DNA of 63,418 nt, counting the filler, from Octopus bimaculoides (Eukaryota): NCBI RefSeq assembly GCF_001194135.2. It is 5 parts of 5 records of this genome, joined end to end, with 100 filler letters (N's around TTAATTAATTAA, not from the genome) between each part and the next. Parts side by side here need not be neighbours in the genome. Positions count along the whole stretch, not along the records: positions 1 to 23,016 come from NC_069002.1; 4 more parts are not named here. One strand, 5' to 3'. Under the pieces are notes generated by a model. It did not search any database. It was not told the origin of the DNA and saw nothing but the letters and a program-made list of their open reading frames with translations. Shown piece after piece: positions 1-12,439 of the stretch; position 1 is the stretch's first letter, and each line of letters starts with the position of its first letter. A program made the position numbers and the translations under genes.

Positions 1-254
1 CATGAAGAGGTGAGATTTCTGCACTTGTTATGGCAGTTCTCAAGGATCATGCGATTAATTAAGAGCTGATCTTTGCATCCGTATGAACCTCGTCTGCATC
101 CTTTTTGTTCAGTGGGAAAGAGGTTATTCTCTTACATAAACGTATACGTTTTCTCCACTAGAATAGATGTCAAAATCTTATAGGCAGTAGACAAACATGT
201 TATTGGCCGGTAGTTTTTTTGGTCTTTGGTTTCGTTATTTTTCGGGAGGAGGTA
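1..254 (-). mobile_element. R4/Dong-like RLE non-LTR retrotransposon, RT N-terminal fragment (pseudogenised)
   Basis: Minus strand reads YLLPKNNETKDQKNYRPITCLSTAYKILTSIL...*ENNLFPTEQKGCRRGSYGCKDQLLINRMILE, i.e. non-LTR RT motifs NYRPI and EQKG/QLLI. One in-frame stop. The 5' truncation abuts a (TTA)n/(TTG)n array. Confidence 0.9.
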
Positions 255-278
255 ATTATTATTATTATTATTATTATT

Positions 279-332
<54 letters not shown>

Positions 333-350
333 ATTGTTGTTGTTATTATT
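255..350. repeat. (TTA)n/(TTG)n compound microsatellite
   Basis: Directly visible; it is the source of the poly-Asn ORF 132..419. Confidence 0.95.
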
Positions 351-352
351 AA

Positions 353-577
353 GGTGGTGAGTTGGCAGAATCGTTAACACTGCGGGCAAAATGTCTAGTG
401 ACATTTCAACCGTCATCACGTTCTGGGTTCAAATTCCGCCGAGGTGGAGTATGGCTTTTATTCTTTCAGAGTCGGTAAATGAAATACCAGAGAAACACTG
501 GGGTTGATGTAATCGACTAGTTCCCTACCCCAAATTTTCAGTCCTTGTGCCTATAGTAGAAAGGATTATTATTATTA
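353..577 (+). mobile_element. tRNA-derived SINE, family A
   Basis: Head GGYGG..AGYTGGCAGAATCGTTA, B-box-like GGTTCAAATTCC, body ending GTGCCTATAGTAGAAAGG and an (ATT)n tail. At least 15 related copies in the window. Confidence 0.85.
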
Positions 578-583
578 CTGAGT

Positions 584-1085
584 GAGAGAGCAGTGCATGC
601 CATCAAAGTGACACTGAGGTAAAATATGCAAATCTCAGTATACCCATCATGACTACCCGTCTGATATGGGTACACAAGGCACATGCATCACAACCATGTG
701 TGCGTTACATGGTGATCTCGTATCAAGATAAACAGCGCATGACTTCGCAGGTGGGGCCCAGTTAGAATTTTCTGCAGGTCGAGTAACCCATCCCGATCAA
801 AAGGTTTCTGAATAAGGATTGTTTAAGAATGTTGAATGAGACACTCATATTTCCAAAGGTGAATTATTCAAATCCCAAAGAATTCCTCTCAATACATAGC
901 TATGATGCTCCCCCACTACTTCTGTTCGTGATCAGAAATGCACATATCGTCAGCCACCAAGGGACGTGCTCAACTGGTTATGGTCAAGCTACTGACAAAC
1001 AAATTTCTGGTGCTGAGCAGAATATTTACAGCACTTTCAATCAGTTAAGATGAGAATCCATGAGAGCCACTACCTGGTACTGCAT
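584..1085 (-). mobile_element. Unclassified ~500-550 bp interspersed repeat, copy 1
   Basis: Reverse complement aligns end to end with 21026-21570 (ATGCAGT(A/C)CCAGG ... GATGGCATGCACTGCTCTCTC). Flanked by TTA-rich tracts. Confidence 0.85.
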
Positions 1086-1132
1086 CAGGTATTTTATTAT
1101 TGTTATTGTTATTCTTATTATTAATTGTAATA

Positions 1133-1549
1133 TATATTTTATTGGTTTGAACGATATTTGGACGACCTGCCTATCGTTGTCGAGTTCAAAATGAAAAGCG
1201 TTGCATATAAATTCAAAATTATAGAAATTCAAATTTAAAAGTTTGAACAAGGGCAACCTGCGTTCCCACGTTGACGGAATGACATTATCAGTCTTTACAA
1301 CTAGGAAAAAGAAATAGAAAGAAAAAAGTGAAGGCAGATAAATAAGAAAAAAGAAAAAGAAAAGGAAGGAGAATATTTAATCAAACAGTTCTGTGTAAAT
1401 ATGATGAAATTCCCGTGTCATTTTGTTCATTCCTCCTCGATAAAGACAGACAGGCTGTCGAAATATCGTTCAAACCAATGAAATATCTATTGCAATCGCA
1501 TCGCGCTCTCTGTATTGTCTATTTGTGAGGAGTTACGTCAATCCTTTAA
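1133..1549. mobile_element. TTAA-flanked MITE with long TIRs (Kolobok-like), left end truncated
   Basis: 1133-1175 is the inverted copy of ~1450-1490 (TATTTYATTGGTTTGAACGATATTT). The right terminus reads ...GTTACGTCAATCCT|TTAA. Homologous to 22815-23016. Confidence 0.6.

Positions 1550-1628
<79 letters not shown>
1550..1628. repeat. (AAT)n microsatellite
   Basis: Directly visible. Confidence 0.95.
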
Positions 1629-1630
<2 letters not shown>

Positions 1631-1689
1631 GAAATCATTACTATTATCATTATTTAAAACATCGCACAATATCCAATATCGAGATATTG

Positions 1690-3835
1690 TTGATTGAATA
1701 TCTTCTATCTACCGGGGTTTTACATTGTCTGTCACAACAAGGATTTCAGGCAGACAGTACTTTACGTAATATGCACGCAGTTCAAAGTAATGCCGATTTT
1801 TTTTTCCAAACACCCAGATTCTAGAGTATTTCTAAATTTTCTAGGTGTCTCTTCAAGTTGGGCGATATTGAACCCAGTGCTCCGATGACTACAGGGAAAG
1901 CTCATTTCCCAGATTTCGGTGTTTATCAATCGTTTCTCTTTTTTTTTTTCATGATAATATGTTGATCTCCTGGCACTGGCCCGTCGATTATTAGGCACAC
2001 TTGTTTGTCCCTCCTAAAGGTTATTATATCCAGCCTTCGGTGTTCTAACACCTTGTCTGAATTTTGCCTTCCCCTTTTCCTCCATTATTTGTTGCGGTGT
2101 ATGTTGGTACCTAGCATCCGTAACCTCATATACATACGTTAGGCATAGTAGCCAGTGAAGGTTTGGAGCTACCTTGTCCTGTCTGAACTTGTACTCTTTC
2201 TGCACAAGACTTTCAGAAGCACTAACGATGTGACTCACGCTTTCGACCCTGTTACCACACACTCTTCTGAGGCTCGTTGCACTTGTGTGATATATATCAC
2301 TTTTCATTGAGTTGTTATTCAATGCCTGATCCTAGGCAGCGATGATTAGGCCTTCAGTCTTCTGTTTTAGGTCACCCTTGCTGAGCCACTTCCATGTTTT
2401 TTTAATTTGTTGGTTTCACGGTGGAACTACGTAATTCCATGCGGATTAGAGTTTCTTCTGTCTCGTTGGCTGTTGGTGATCGGAATTCATTAGCACTCTC
2501 AACTCCATTATTGGTAAATCCTTCTGCATTAGCAGCATACTGTAGCAGGTCTTCTTAGCTGTTTACTAAATATTCAGCCATGGTTCTTCTTTCACTGTTC
2601 AAGCACTCCTGTGCACTAATCAGCCCACGTCTGCCTTTACAACTCTTCATGTAGGGCCAGTGTACGATCACATTAGGCTGGCGGACACCATGCATTGTCA
2701 TTGTCTTTGGGGTAGTGCAATCGAGTTGGTTAATCCCCGCTCATGTCCGTTTCAAAATGAGTGCACTATAGGTGAATACAGCAACAGCCATTATGTTGGT
2801 GGCAGTTTCAATGTTCCTTAAGTACAGTTTTTATTTTCTCTGTGCAAAAAATTGTCCAGTTCCAAGATCCCAAGGTACTTGTACCCATCATCGCCCGGGT
2901 CTTCCATTCTCTCTGCGTTTGGCAACTATGCCCCTACAATCTGCACTTTTCCCCTGTTTTAAACTGAGCATCACACACTTCGATAAACCGAATTCCATCC
3001 CTATATCCTTGCTGCACATCTGTACAGTCTCAACCACCCTCTCCATTTCAGGTTCTGTTTTTGCGAACAGTTTTAAATCTTCCAGGAAGAGAAGGTGGTT
3101 GAGACGAAGTCCATTCTCTCTCAGCTCAAAGCGTGCGTTGACTCTGCGTAGGAATACAGAAAGTGGGAGCAAGAATATAACAAATAACAAAGGTGAACAA
3201 AAATCTCACTGGAAGATACCTCCTTTGATTTTTACCTCAGCTGAGTGCTGGTTGTAACAGAAAAGACGTGTTTTCCAACTTGGCATGCTTTTCTTAATCA
3301 GTGCACACAAGTTCTCTGTTATTCCACACATGTCGAGTTTCTAAAATCCACGAATGCGATAACATTTCGTAAGCCTTCATAATGTCTATCGAGGTCATGC
3401 ATAAGGTTTTTGGAATCGTTTGCAGTTCATCATTACGACCTTGTCGATCACAAGGTGGTCCTTGATGCCCTTGTCTCCTTTTCAGCATCCCTTTTGTTCT
3501 ACTGGAAGCAGATTGTTTTTCCTGCGTAGATGTCTGTTCACATCTTCCATAAGAGACAAGCAATGGGTCGGTAATTGCCAACCTCATTGCCTTTTGACCG
3601 ATCTTTCATCAACAGTGTTGTTTATTCTTCTACAATCCATTCTGGAACTGCTCCACTCTGTAGGCAATTGTATAATTGCAACGCCGTCTGTTCCTGCCGC
3701 TTTCCAGTTTGGCAGTTTTGATACCTGTGCAATTAAATCTTGTTATGCGTACATGGTCTTGTCGTGGAGACCGCAGGCCATGGAGTTCGGATATCACGGA
3801 ATGAATCCACTCGTGCCGTTACATTGCAAGTCTCA
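1690..3835 (-). mobile_element. R4/Dong-like RLE non-LTR retrotransposon, 5'-truncated and frameshifted (RT + zinc knuckle + RLE + 3'UTR)
   Basis: Minus-strand peptides: LPNWKAAGTDG (pre-RT); LFVIFLLPLS...NHLLFLEDLKLFAK...DIGMEFGLSKC (RT, with FMDD decayed to FLED); RVCGNRVESVSHIVSA (decayed CCHC); then the RLE tail. The 3'UTR (TCCTTGTTGTGAC...) matches 15600-15660. Confidence 0.92.
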
Positions 3836-3888
3836 TTGTTATGACCATAGCTTAATATGTAATTGTCTAATATTCACTTCGGATTTGA

Positions 3889-4092
3889 GGCGGCAAGATG
3901 GCAGAATCGCTAACACGCCGAGCGGCATTTCGTTCGTTTTTACATTCTGAGTTCACTTTTCGCCAAGGTCGTGTTACCTTTGATCTTTTCGAGCTCGACA
4001 AAATAAGTACCAGTAGAACATTAGGGTCGATGTAATCGATTTACCCCGCTCTCGAATTGCCAGTCTTGTGCCAAAATTTGAAATTAATATTT
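3889..4092 (+). mobile_element. SINE family A
   Basis: GGCGGCAAGATGGCAGAATCGCTAACACGCCG head and AAAATAAGTACCAG...GGGTCGATGTAATCGA body. Confidence 0.85.
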
Positions 4093-5116
4093 ATCACGGC
4101 TTCAGTAACCCCGTTATTCCTTTTAATTTAAAATGTTTAATTATTACTGATATGATCATTCTTAAATATAACAGTATCTATTTCAACACACGGCTTCACA
4201 TTAAGAATCTCGCAAAACAAATACATATACTTAACCAACATTTACAACAAAACTTTCATTACGATTAATGGTGCGCCTGTTTCACAGAAGAGAGTATCCG
4301 GTGATTATAAATAGCGTAAAAGTACAGCCTGAAAGTAACAGGGAAAGACATGAGAGAGCATCGAGAAACAACCTTGGGAAAAGGTTGCGCAGAACAGAAC
4401 CATTGTGACACACCTTCATGAATAAAGGCGGGAATTTCTTACAAATGTCTTAAATTTAAATAGCCCGAACTAAATGTGAGCGCCACATATCCCAGTCATT
4501 TGATACCTCGAATAAAGTTTCATGCCAAATATACTCTACGTGTATCCGTTATTTCTGTGCCAGAATTCGCCTCAGCTAATATAAAGGGAAAAATATAACG
4601 CAACCAACCGCGTAACGTAACTCATACAATTTCTTGATTACGGATCGATGAACATTAATTTTATATCAATGTCTGTTCGGATATGATCTTAATGATCGTA
4701 CTATGCTCACTCCTAAGGATTTATAAGCTGCTCGAAGCTTAGAAAGCCAAGGTATCAGGTATCAGTTGTACATGTGCGATTCGTCTCAAGATGTAAATCA
4801 ATATATATGACTTTGATGTAGGACTTTTGGAAGAGCCATGAAGCTAGAGTTAACAGGTTTGCGATCATTGAGCTTAGAAGATAACGGTTCGTCTTGTTAT
4901 CGAGACATCGTAAGTAAATAACAGATGTAAGAAGCTACGAAATTTTCAAATCGATTAGTGAATTTTATATGACGTTGTGCAATATGACAACATAATCACG
5001 AAACACTTGTTGCGAGTAAAGATTAATAAAAAGCTCAGTGAACGAGGTACAACCCAAAGAAGATTGTGAATTATACTAGTAACCCTTTTGCATACATGAA
5101 GAATTAAACGTAAAGC

Positions 5117-5328
5117 AATAATCGTTTCTACTCTAGGCCCGAAATTTTGGGGGAAGGGGTCAGACAATTAGATCGCCCCCATTACGCAACTGGTACTTGA
5201 TTTACCGACCCCGGAGGGATGAAAGGCAAAGTCGACCTCGGCGGAATTTGAGCTCAGAACACAAGGACAGACGTAATAACGCTAAGCATTTAGCCCGGCG
5301 TGCTAACGTTTCTGCCAGCTCGACGCCT
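5117..5328 (-). mobile_element. SINE family A (CpGs intact)
   Basis: GATGAAAGGCAAAGTCGACCTCGGCGGAATTTGAGCTCAGAAC...TCTGCCAGCTCGACGCC is the reverse complement of the family-A pattern. Confidence 0.9.
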
Positions 5329-5499
5329 TATGCGTAAAACAATAATACATTATTCCATTTCAGTGTTATACATTTGTGATGTCTTCAAGTTTTGGTATAC
5401 TTTTACTTTTACCTTTGCTTATTTTTGCCAAAATCTGTGGCCATTCTGGGGTACCACCGTTTATGTGTTGCATTCATTTATATACATTATAAGAAGAGT

Positions 5500-6100
5500 T
5501 ATTTAACGATTTTCTTGTGTCTGAGGAGAGTAATTCTCTTTTAGTGCCTGATTATTTAACACACTCACTGGTGAAGTTTCCACTCATTTATTTATTTATT
5601 TTTCTAAAATTTTCATTGTGCCTTGCAACCTTTTCAATTGTCGTTGACTCTGTCCGTTATCCGATCTGCGCTCTTTTTATTTGTTTGTGCGCATACACAT
5701 GTATGTATGTATGTATGTATGTATGTATGTCATTATTCTATTTCAAGATTTCTTGCCATTAGAGAAAAAACCGGTTTCTAATCTAGATCCAAGGTTCCTT
5801 CATTGGAATTTCAATATCAACAACAGAGTATAAGTGTGTGTATGCATGCATATAAGTGTGTGTATGCATGCATGTATACATGTATGTATGTGTATGCGTG
5901 TGTATGCGCACAAACAAACAAAAAGAACGCAGCTCGGATAACGGACAGAGTCAACGACTATTGAAAAGGTGGATAGACGCAACGAAAATTTTAGGAAAAA
6001 TAAATAAGTAAATGAGTGGAAACTTTACCGGTGAGTGAGTTAAATAATAAGGCATTAATAGAATGACTTTCCTCAGACACAACCAAATATGCTTCAACAC
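5500..6100. mobile_element. Foldback MITE with ~200-bp terminal inverted repeats
   Basis: The arm ~5510-5700 (TTGTGTCTGAGG...GTTGACTCTGTCCGTTATCCGA...TTTGTGCGCATACAC) is inverted at ~5895-6085. The ORF track shows the peptide TFSIVVDSVRYP on both strands. Confidence 0.85.
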
Positions 6101-6535
6101 ATGAACTCACATGAATCTTGCAAACCAAAAACGAAATATTCAATAATTGTTTTAGAGAAAATATAATTTGAACAAAAGAAAATTTAAGAGAGATTGAATG
6201 AAATATTATAATTATCCCCAAACTCACGTGCCTTGAGAGAAATGCGTGGGCTGCGAACATCTTGGAACACTTAATGAAGACTTTATTTATTTCGACTTCA
6301 AGTACGAAAGGTATAGATTTTGATTTACGACATTTATCAATAAAATATAGCTGTTAGCCCAATCTCAAGTTGCTCTATGAGAGTATGTATTAGATAATAA
6401 ATCTCAATTAGATATTTATTAGCGTATACTGAAATCCATGAGCTGATTTCATCTCGCACGGCAATCTGCTACGTAACATCATGGTAAAGTAATATCTTTG
6501 AAATAACCTCAAATGAATTGTAAATTTCGAACCAA

Positions 6536-6900
6536 CCAAAGTCTTGTGAATGGATTTGGTAGACGGAAACTGAAAGAAGCCTGTCATATAAATACTTATA
6601 TATGTGTGTGTAGTCTGTGTGTGTGTGTGTGTGTGTGTCCGTCTGTCTGTCTGTCTGTGTGTCTGTGTGTGTATATTGCCTTATGTGTTTGTTCCCTGTC
6701 ATCGTTTGACAACCAGTTTCGATGTGTTTATGTCCCTGTAGAGTAGCGGTTCGACAAAAGATATCAATAGAATAAGTACAATGCTTTAGATGGATAAATA
6801 CTGGGGTCGACTCATTCAACTAAAAAAGCTTTTTTGGGGCGGTGCCCCAGTATGGCCGAAGTCTAATTACTGAAACAAGTAACAAGACAAAAATAAAGGA
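6536..6900 (+). mobile_element. SINE family B, 5'-truncated, with internal (TG)n
   Basis: GGATTTGGTAGACGGAAACTGAAAGAAGCC...internal microsatellite...CCAGTATGGCCGAAGTC...CTGAAACAAGTAA matches the full copy at 14776-15191. Confidence 0.85.
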
Positions 6901-7179
6901 TACAATCTCCGATCGATGAAATTTTAGCGGTTACTCACACACAAAACGAGGACCAATTGTGACCATGTTTCCTTACTTCCGTCAGATACTGCATTCGAGA
7001 TATATAAGTACTTATTCTTATCATTTTGTGTAATATTTCCAGTTCTACAACAATTCACTACAATCTATGGAAGGCCGATAACGTTTTCTGTCCCCGAAAA
7101 GGGTAACCCTTTCCGACTCTGTCAACTGCTTGCATATAATCTGCTTCACATTATTACTTTGGCCGGCTCTTTACATTTG

Positions 7180-7512
7180 GAGCGCAAATTCCACTTAGAC
7201 CAACTTAGCTTTTAATTCCTTCAGGGTTGATAAAACAGAATACCATTTGAATACCGGGGTTGATGTAATCAACATACTTTTCCCTCTCAAAATTTCTTGC
7301 CTTCTACTAAAACTTAGAAATATCATTCTCCTTGTTGCTGTTGTTATCAGTACGGTGAGCGGCCAGAGCCGTTAGAGCGTCAGACAAAATACTTAGTGAT
7401 ATTTCTTCTTGACCTTAAAAATCTACGTTCGAATACTGCTGAGAACTTTGTTTTCATCATTATGGGTCGATAAAATAAATAACAGTCTAATACTGGGATT
7501 CATAGTCTGATG
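7180..7512 (+). mobile_element. Two degenerate tandem SINE family A copies
   Basis: Two successive GG(G)TYGATAAAA modules with family-A head and body remnants. Confidence 0.55.
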
Positions 7513-7587
7513 TCTTCATTTCATAGTTATTTGGGGTTATTTCATAGTTTCGCAGAAACTTTAGAATGTCAAAAAAATTACTTTCGT

Positions 7588-7662
<75 letters not shown>

Positions 7663-8195
7663 TCAATTCTCACTGGGATCAATTTCATATTTCGTCCCCA
7701 ACTCCAGGATCAATAAAATAAATCAAATACTTGGGACAAAATGGTATCGACTGACCACTTCTTTCAGAATGTTTAGTTTTGTGCCGAAGCCAGTAGCAAG
7801 TATTTATATTTAGTGTGCAAGTCTTTAAGAAATTAGTTAGAATTATATTTCGAAACATATATTCTGTTTATTGTGATAGTAAATATTCTACATTGTATAA
7901 NNNNNNNNNNNNNNNNNNNNNNNNNNNNNNNNNNNNNNNNNNNNNNNNNNNNNNNNNNNNNNNNNNNNNNNNNNNNNNNNNNNNNNNNNNNNNNNNNNNN
8001 NNNNNNNNNNNNNNNNNNNNNNNNNNNNNNNNNNNNNNNNNNNNNNNNNNNNNNNNNNNNNNNNNNNNNNNNNNNNNNNNNNNNNNNNNNNNNNNNNNNN
8101 TATTCAATAACGTTTTAACTTCTTGAATAATAAATATTTCATTAGTGCCAACGGAGAACAAATTCAACCGTATCACAAACAGGTGATACGGCTGT

Positions 8196-8281
8196 CGTTG
8201 TTGTTGTTGGTGGTGGTTGCGGTGGTGGTGGTTGCGGTGGTGATGGTGGTGATGGTGGTGGTGGTGGTGGTGGTGGTGGCT
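8196..8281. repeat. (GGT)n/(GTT)n imperfect trinucleotide repeat
   Basis: Directly visible. Confidence 0.9.
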
Positions 8282-8747
8282 ATTAATTTCACAAGTGCAT
8301 AAACAGTACTTTTATACTGCTTTATAACGGGATTCTCCCGTTATTTTCTGTTTGTTTTTGGCAACATTAATATTAAATTAAGTACATTTAAATTTCTTAG
8401 AATTTTCCTTTTTTTTTTAGCAAATTACTCGAGGCCAATATTTTTTTTTCTTATTCAATATTATTTTATATATTCATAAGATTTTAAAATATTTAGCAGA
8501 GATGTTTATAGAATGGTATGCACATTAAGACAAGTATGGCGTTGTGCCTGGTTACACTCTCTTTTCATGTTCGTGTATATTGTTACGTAGACACATCCTC
8601 ATGTTTGGATAATGCACCACGCAACATACAAACACAGAAACAAGAAACACCAACACACCGACACACACACGCATAAATACTTTTATACATATTGTAATAT
8701 GAATATTACATTTGTGTGAGTGTATATGCTCGTATGCATGCATGTAT

Positions 8748-8749
<2 letters not shown>

Positions 8750-8828
<79 letters not shown>

Positions 8829-9030
8829 TGTATATTTATATCTATATATGCACTCACAAACCTGCATCCATATATATGTGCGCGTGTGTGAGTGTGTAAA
8901 TATATATATGCATATATAAATACATATATATATATGCATATATATACATATATATATATATACATATATACATGTATATATATGTATATATATGTACATG
9001 TGTGAGTGTGTGTGTATATATATATATTTA
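8750..9030. repeat. (TA)n and TA/TG-rich simple repeat
   Basis: Directly visible. Confidence 0.9.
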
Positions 9031-9215
9031 TGTAGTTAAGTTTGATGTTTACACACCTACTGCGTAGGTTGCCCGTGTGTGTGTATGTGTGCGTGTGAGT
9101 GTGTAGTTATGAAAGCTGGTAGGTAGGACGTCATTGAACAGAACTTAGAAGCAGTTGCGAATTCAGTCACTCGTAGTCACACAGAACGCAGTCACACACA
9201 AACACACGCACATTG

Positions 9216-9254
<39 letters not shown>

Positions 9255-10082
9255 TATACACATCTTTGAGTGCATTTTTGTACGTAATTGTGTATAACGT
9301 TTATTGTATATACGATTAGAAATACAAGGACGTTCTTCCATTGCAGGTGAACCAGGGCGGGTTCGTCATTAAAGAGGGAGATCTAATGAGGGCTTTCTCT
9401 GCGCTAAACATTAGAAATATACACACAACATAGAAAGTTTCATGAAATTCTAGTTCAAGGAGTTGTCGATATTTTCAATAGCACTTAATTAAGTTCCATG
9501 TTATATAGACTTCCAGAATTTTCATATTTTCAAGTATTTCATTAATGTATTTCTATTTTTATATACATACGTATGTAAATGTCTTTATTTTTATTTTTAT
9601 TGATTCTCATACTTATATTCAGAACTGTTTGTTCCTGTTTATCATTATCAATTGATACACCAGACATCGTAATACGTTGCATAATAGATACGAAGCCAAC
9701 GAAATTCGCAGATAATATCATGCATCCGCAATCGAGAGAGATATCATACACAGATACCACCAACAACTCCAACACACGCACACTCACACACGATCATACA
9801 CATACATATATATGTGTGAGAATTTACAAAAGAAAACAAAAGGCGAAGACGGGTGTGTAAACAAACAGATGTATTAGTTTAACGCTGGGGAAGTGAGAAA
9901 GTCTTTTCCGTTTCGAGCCTACGCTCATGTTTGTGTGTGTGTATATATATGTACATGCATTTATGTATGTACATATATATACATAAATACATATGCATAT
10001 ATACATAGGTACATGTATATATATATATATATATATACATACATGCACACATAAACACACACTTAATATGGATATAGACAGA

Positions 10083-10101
10083 AAAACGAAAACAGACAGA
10101 C

Positions 10102-10156
<55 letters not shown>

Positions 10157-10173
10157 CATATAGACAGACAGAC

Positions 10174-10250
<77 letters not shown>
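10083..10250. repeat. (GATA)n/(GACA)n tetranucleotide repeat
   Basis: Directly visible; it produces the IYLS-repeat ORFs. Confidence 0.95.
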
Positions 10251-10561
10251 TACAAAGAAAGGAAGGAAGAGAGAGAGATGGTGACCATTCAAAGATTGTC
10301 GAGTACAATATTCAGGCGACTGACTTTAAGTTTTTTGAAGCTTTTGAAATCGTTTCAACATCGTTATAATATACAGCATGTTTGAGATACATTTATATAT
10401 GCTATAAACAAAGACAATAGCTGGTTAAAGAATTTGTAATTCCTTCAGAAGAAAGTATCACAAATAATAGAAAATATCCTGAAATATGCCAAACAAGAAT
10501 GTAGGAATATTTTAGCCGTATTTGTAGGCAGGTTATCTGTTCATCTTCTGCCAAGAGAAAA

Positions 10562-10624
10562 TAGTTTATAGCAATTTGTGTGTAGTTTATAGCAATTTGT
10601 GTGTAGTTTATAGCAATTTGTGTG
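10562..10624. repeat. 21-bp tandem repeat x3 (TAGTTTATAGCAATTTGTGTG)
   Basis: Three identical units. Confidence 0.95.
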
Positions 10625-11457
10625 TGTCGTCTCAAACAGAGCTTGGTAACAAGGATTGGTTAATCAATAGAAATATAACACAGTGACGCAATCAGTAGAA
10701 ATGTCAGGTAAACTGATGGGCGTGTGTCTTTCTCGCTACGAAATATATTACATTATGGTTAAGGCAAAAGTATTGTGTTTGTAACCAGAACAAGCGGTCG
10801 ATTAAATTAGCTTGCTTTCTCATTAATTAAAGCCTCATCACTGATCACTTACCCATTTTTATCCACTCATGGAATCGTAAATTATAATCATATTTACAAT
10901 GCTAGGTTGAAAGGTGTGGTCACTGAAAACACACCCTCGTAAATATTCCTTGCCCAGCATGGCCGCAGTCAAATGGCTGAAGCAAAGAAAAGAATGATGA
11001 ATTTATTCTATCTCTGTGTAATTTGTTTATATAATTGGTTTCTTTACATATTTTAACATCGTTTTAAGTTACAAACTTTGAGACAACTCTGAAAACCACT
11101 TCTTATAAATTTTGTGAAGGATTATACCTCAGATTCAGTATAAAGGTCACTAAAATTAATTTAGCATAACGAATTATGCGTTCAACCTGACAAGCGCGAA
11201 TGTCAGTACAGTCAGTATTCAATGCAGTAAAATATTTCTCTGAGCTCATTTCTTACATTATAATTGTTTTGCTTAACACTCCACTTATTTCATACGCCTC
11301 CAATTCTAATCGAATTTCTACCGAGAGTTTTGAAAATATTTTGCACAATTGAAGATAAATACAGATGAAAACAAACAGAAGTAATTGCTTGCACCTGATA
11401 ACTGGACATTTAAGTTAGACACTCATCTCACTGTTATTTCTAGTTGGAATGTAGGTA

Positions 11458-11565
<108 letters not shown>

Positions 11566-12396
11566 AGGTTGAAAAGTAACACACGAGTTGATATGTACAA
11601 GGAAACTAAAACAAGGTAGGAGATGCTAAAATAATTTTATCATGAAATACATTTTGCATGCACGCACACACACACATACACACACACTTTGCATGTATCT
11701 CTGTATCCATATGTGTCTACGTGCATAGGTACACCATTATCCATACACACGCAGACGAGGGTCGATTCATATGGAAAAGAAAGTGAACAAAATATGACCA
11801 CTTGTAAGTTCGATTTAAAGAAAAATTTAAAGATAATCAAACCAAGTGTGCATCATTTCGAGCCACCCAACCAATAAACATTTCTACCAAATTTAGTGAA
11901 AATCTGTTCATAATAATAAAAATAGTCTTTACTATAGGCACAAGACCTGAATTGGGGGAGGGGTGGATTAGTCAATTACATCGACCCTGAAAGGATGAGA
12001 ATAAACAAGAATGATCCTTTGGGAGTTCTATGGAAATCACGGACTACAAAGAAAAAAGACGTGGTATGAGAAAATCCCAGGAGTCAACGAGAATGAAGAT
12101 TGCAAAATCCTGTCGGTTGCAAGGATTCAATGCGGTCGACTTTGCCTTTCATCCTTTGAAGGTCAATAAAATAAGGACCAGCTGAGCATTATTTTGCTAA
12201 GACGTTGCTTTTTCAGAAAACGAAAAAATAGTTTCACCATTCCATAGCAAAATAGTTGTACTACACTTTGATCCTTTTGGTTATCTTGGCATCTGAAGCA
12301 ACTGGAGATACGATAGTTCGAACAAAAGAAGGGGCTATTGCAAATAATTGGCCAAATTTGAACACATGACAGTTTAACATAGTGACAACAAGATGT

Positions 12397-12439
<43 letters not shown>

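Noticed and set aside
1515-1697. Homopolymer and dipeptide ORFs (poly-I, -N, -L, -K, IY, CV, HT, IYLS)
   Set aside because: These are translations of simple repeats.
2772-3950. Plus-strand ORFs of 161 and 176 aa
   Set aside because: They are antisense shadows of the minus-strand RLE retrotransposon.
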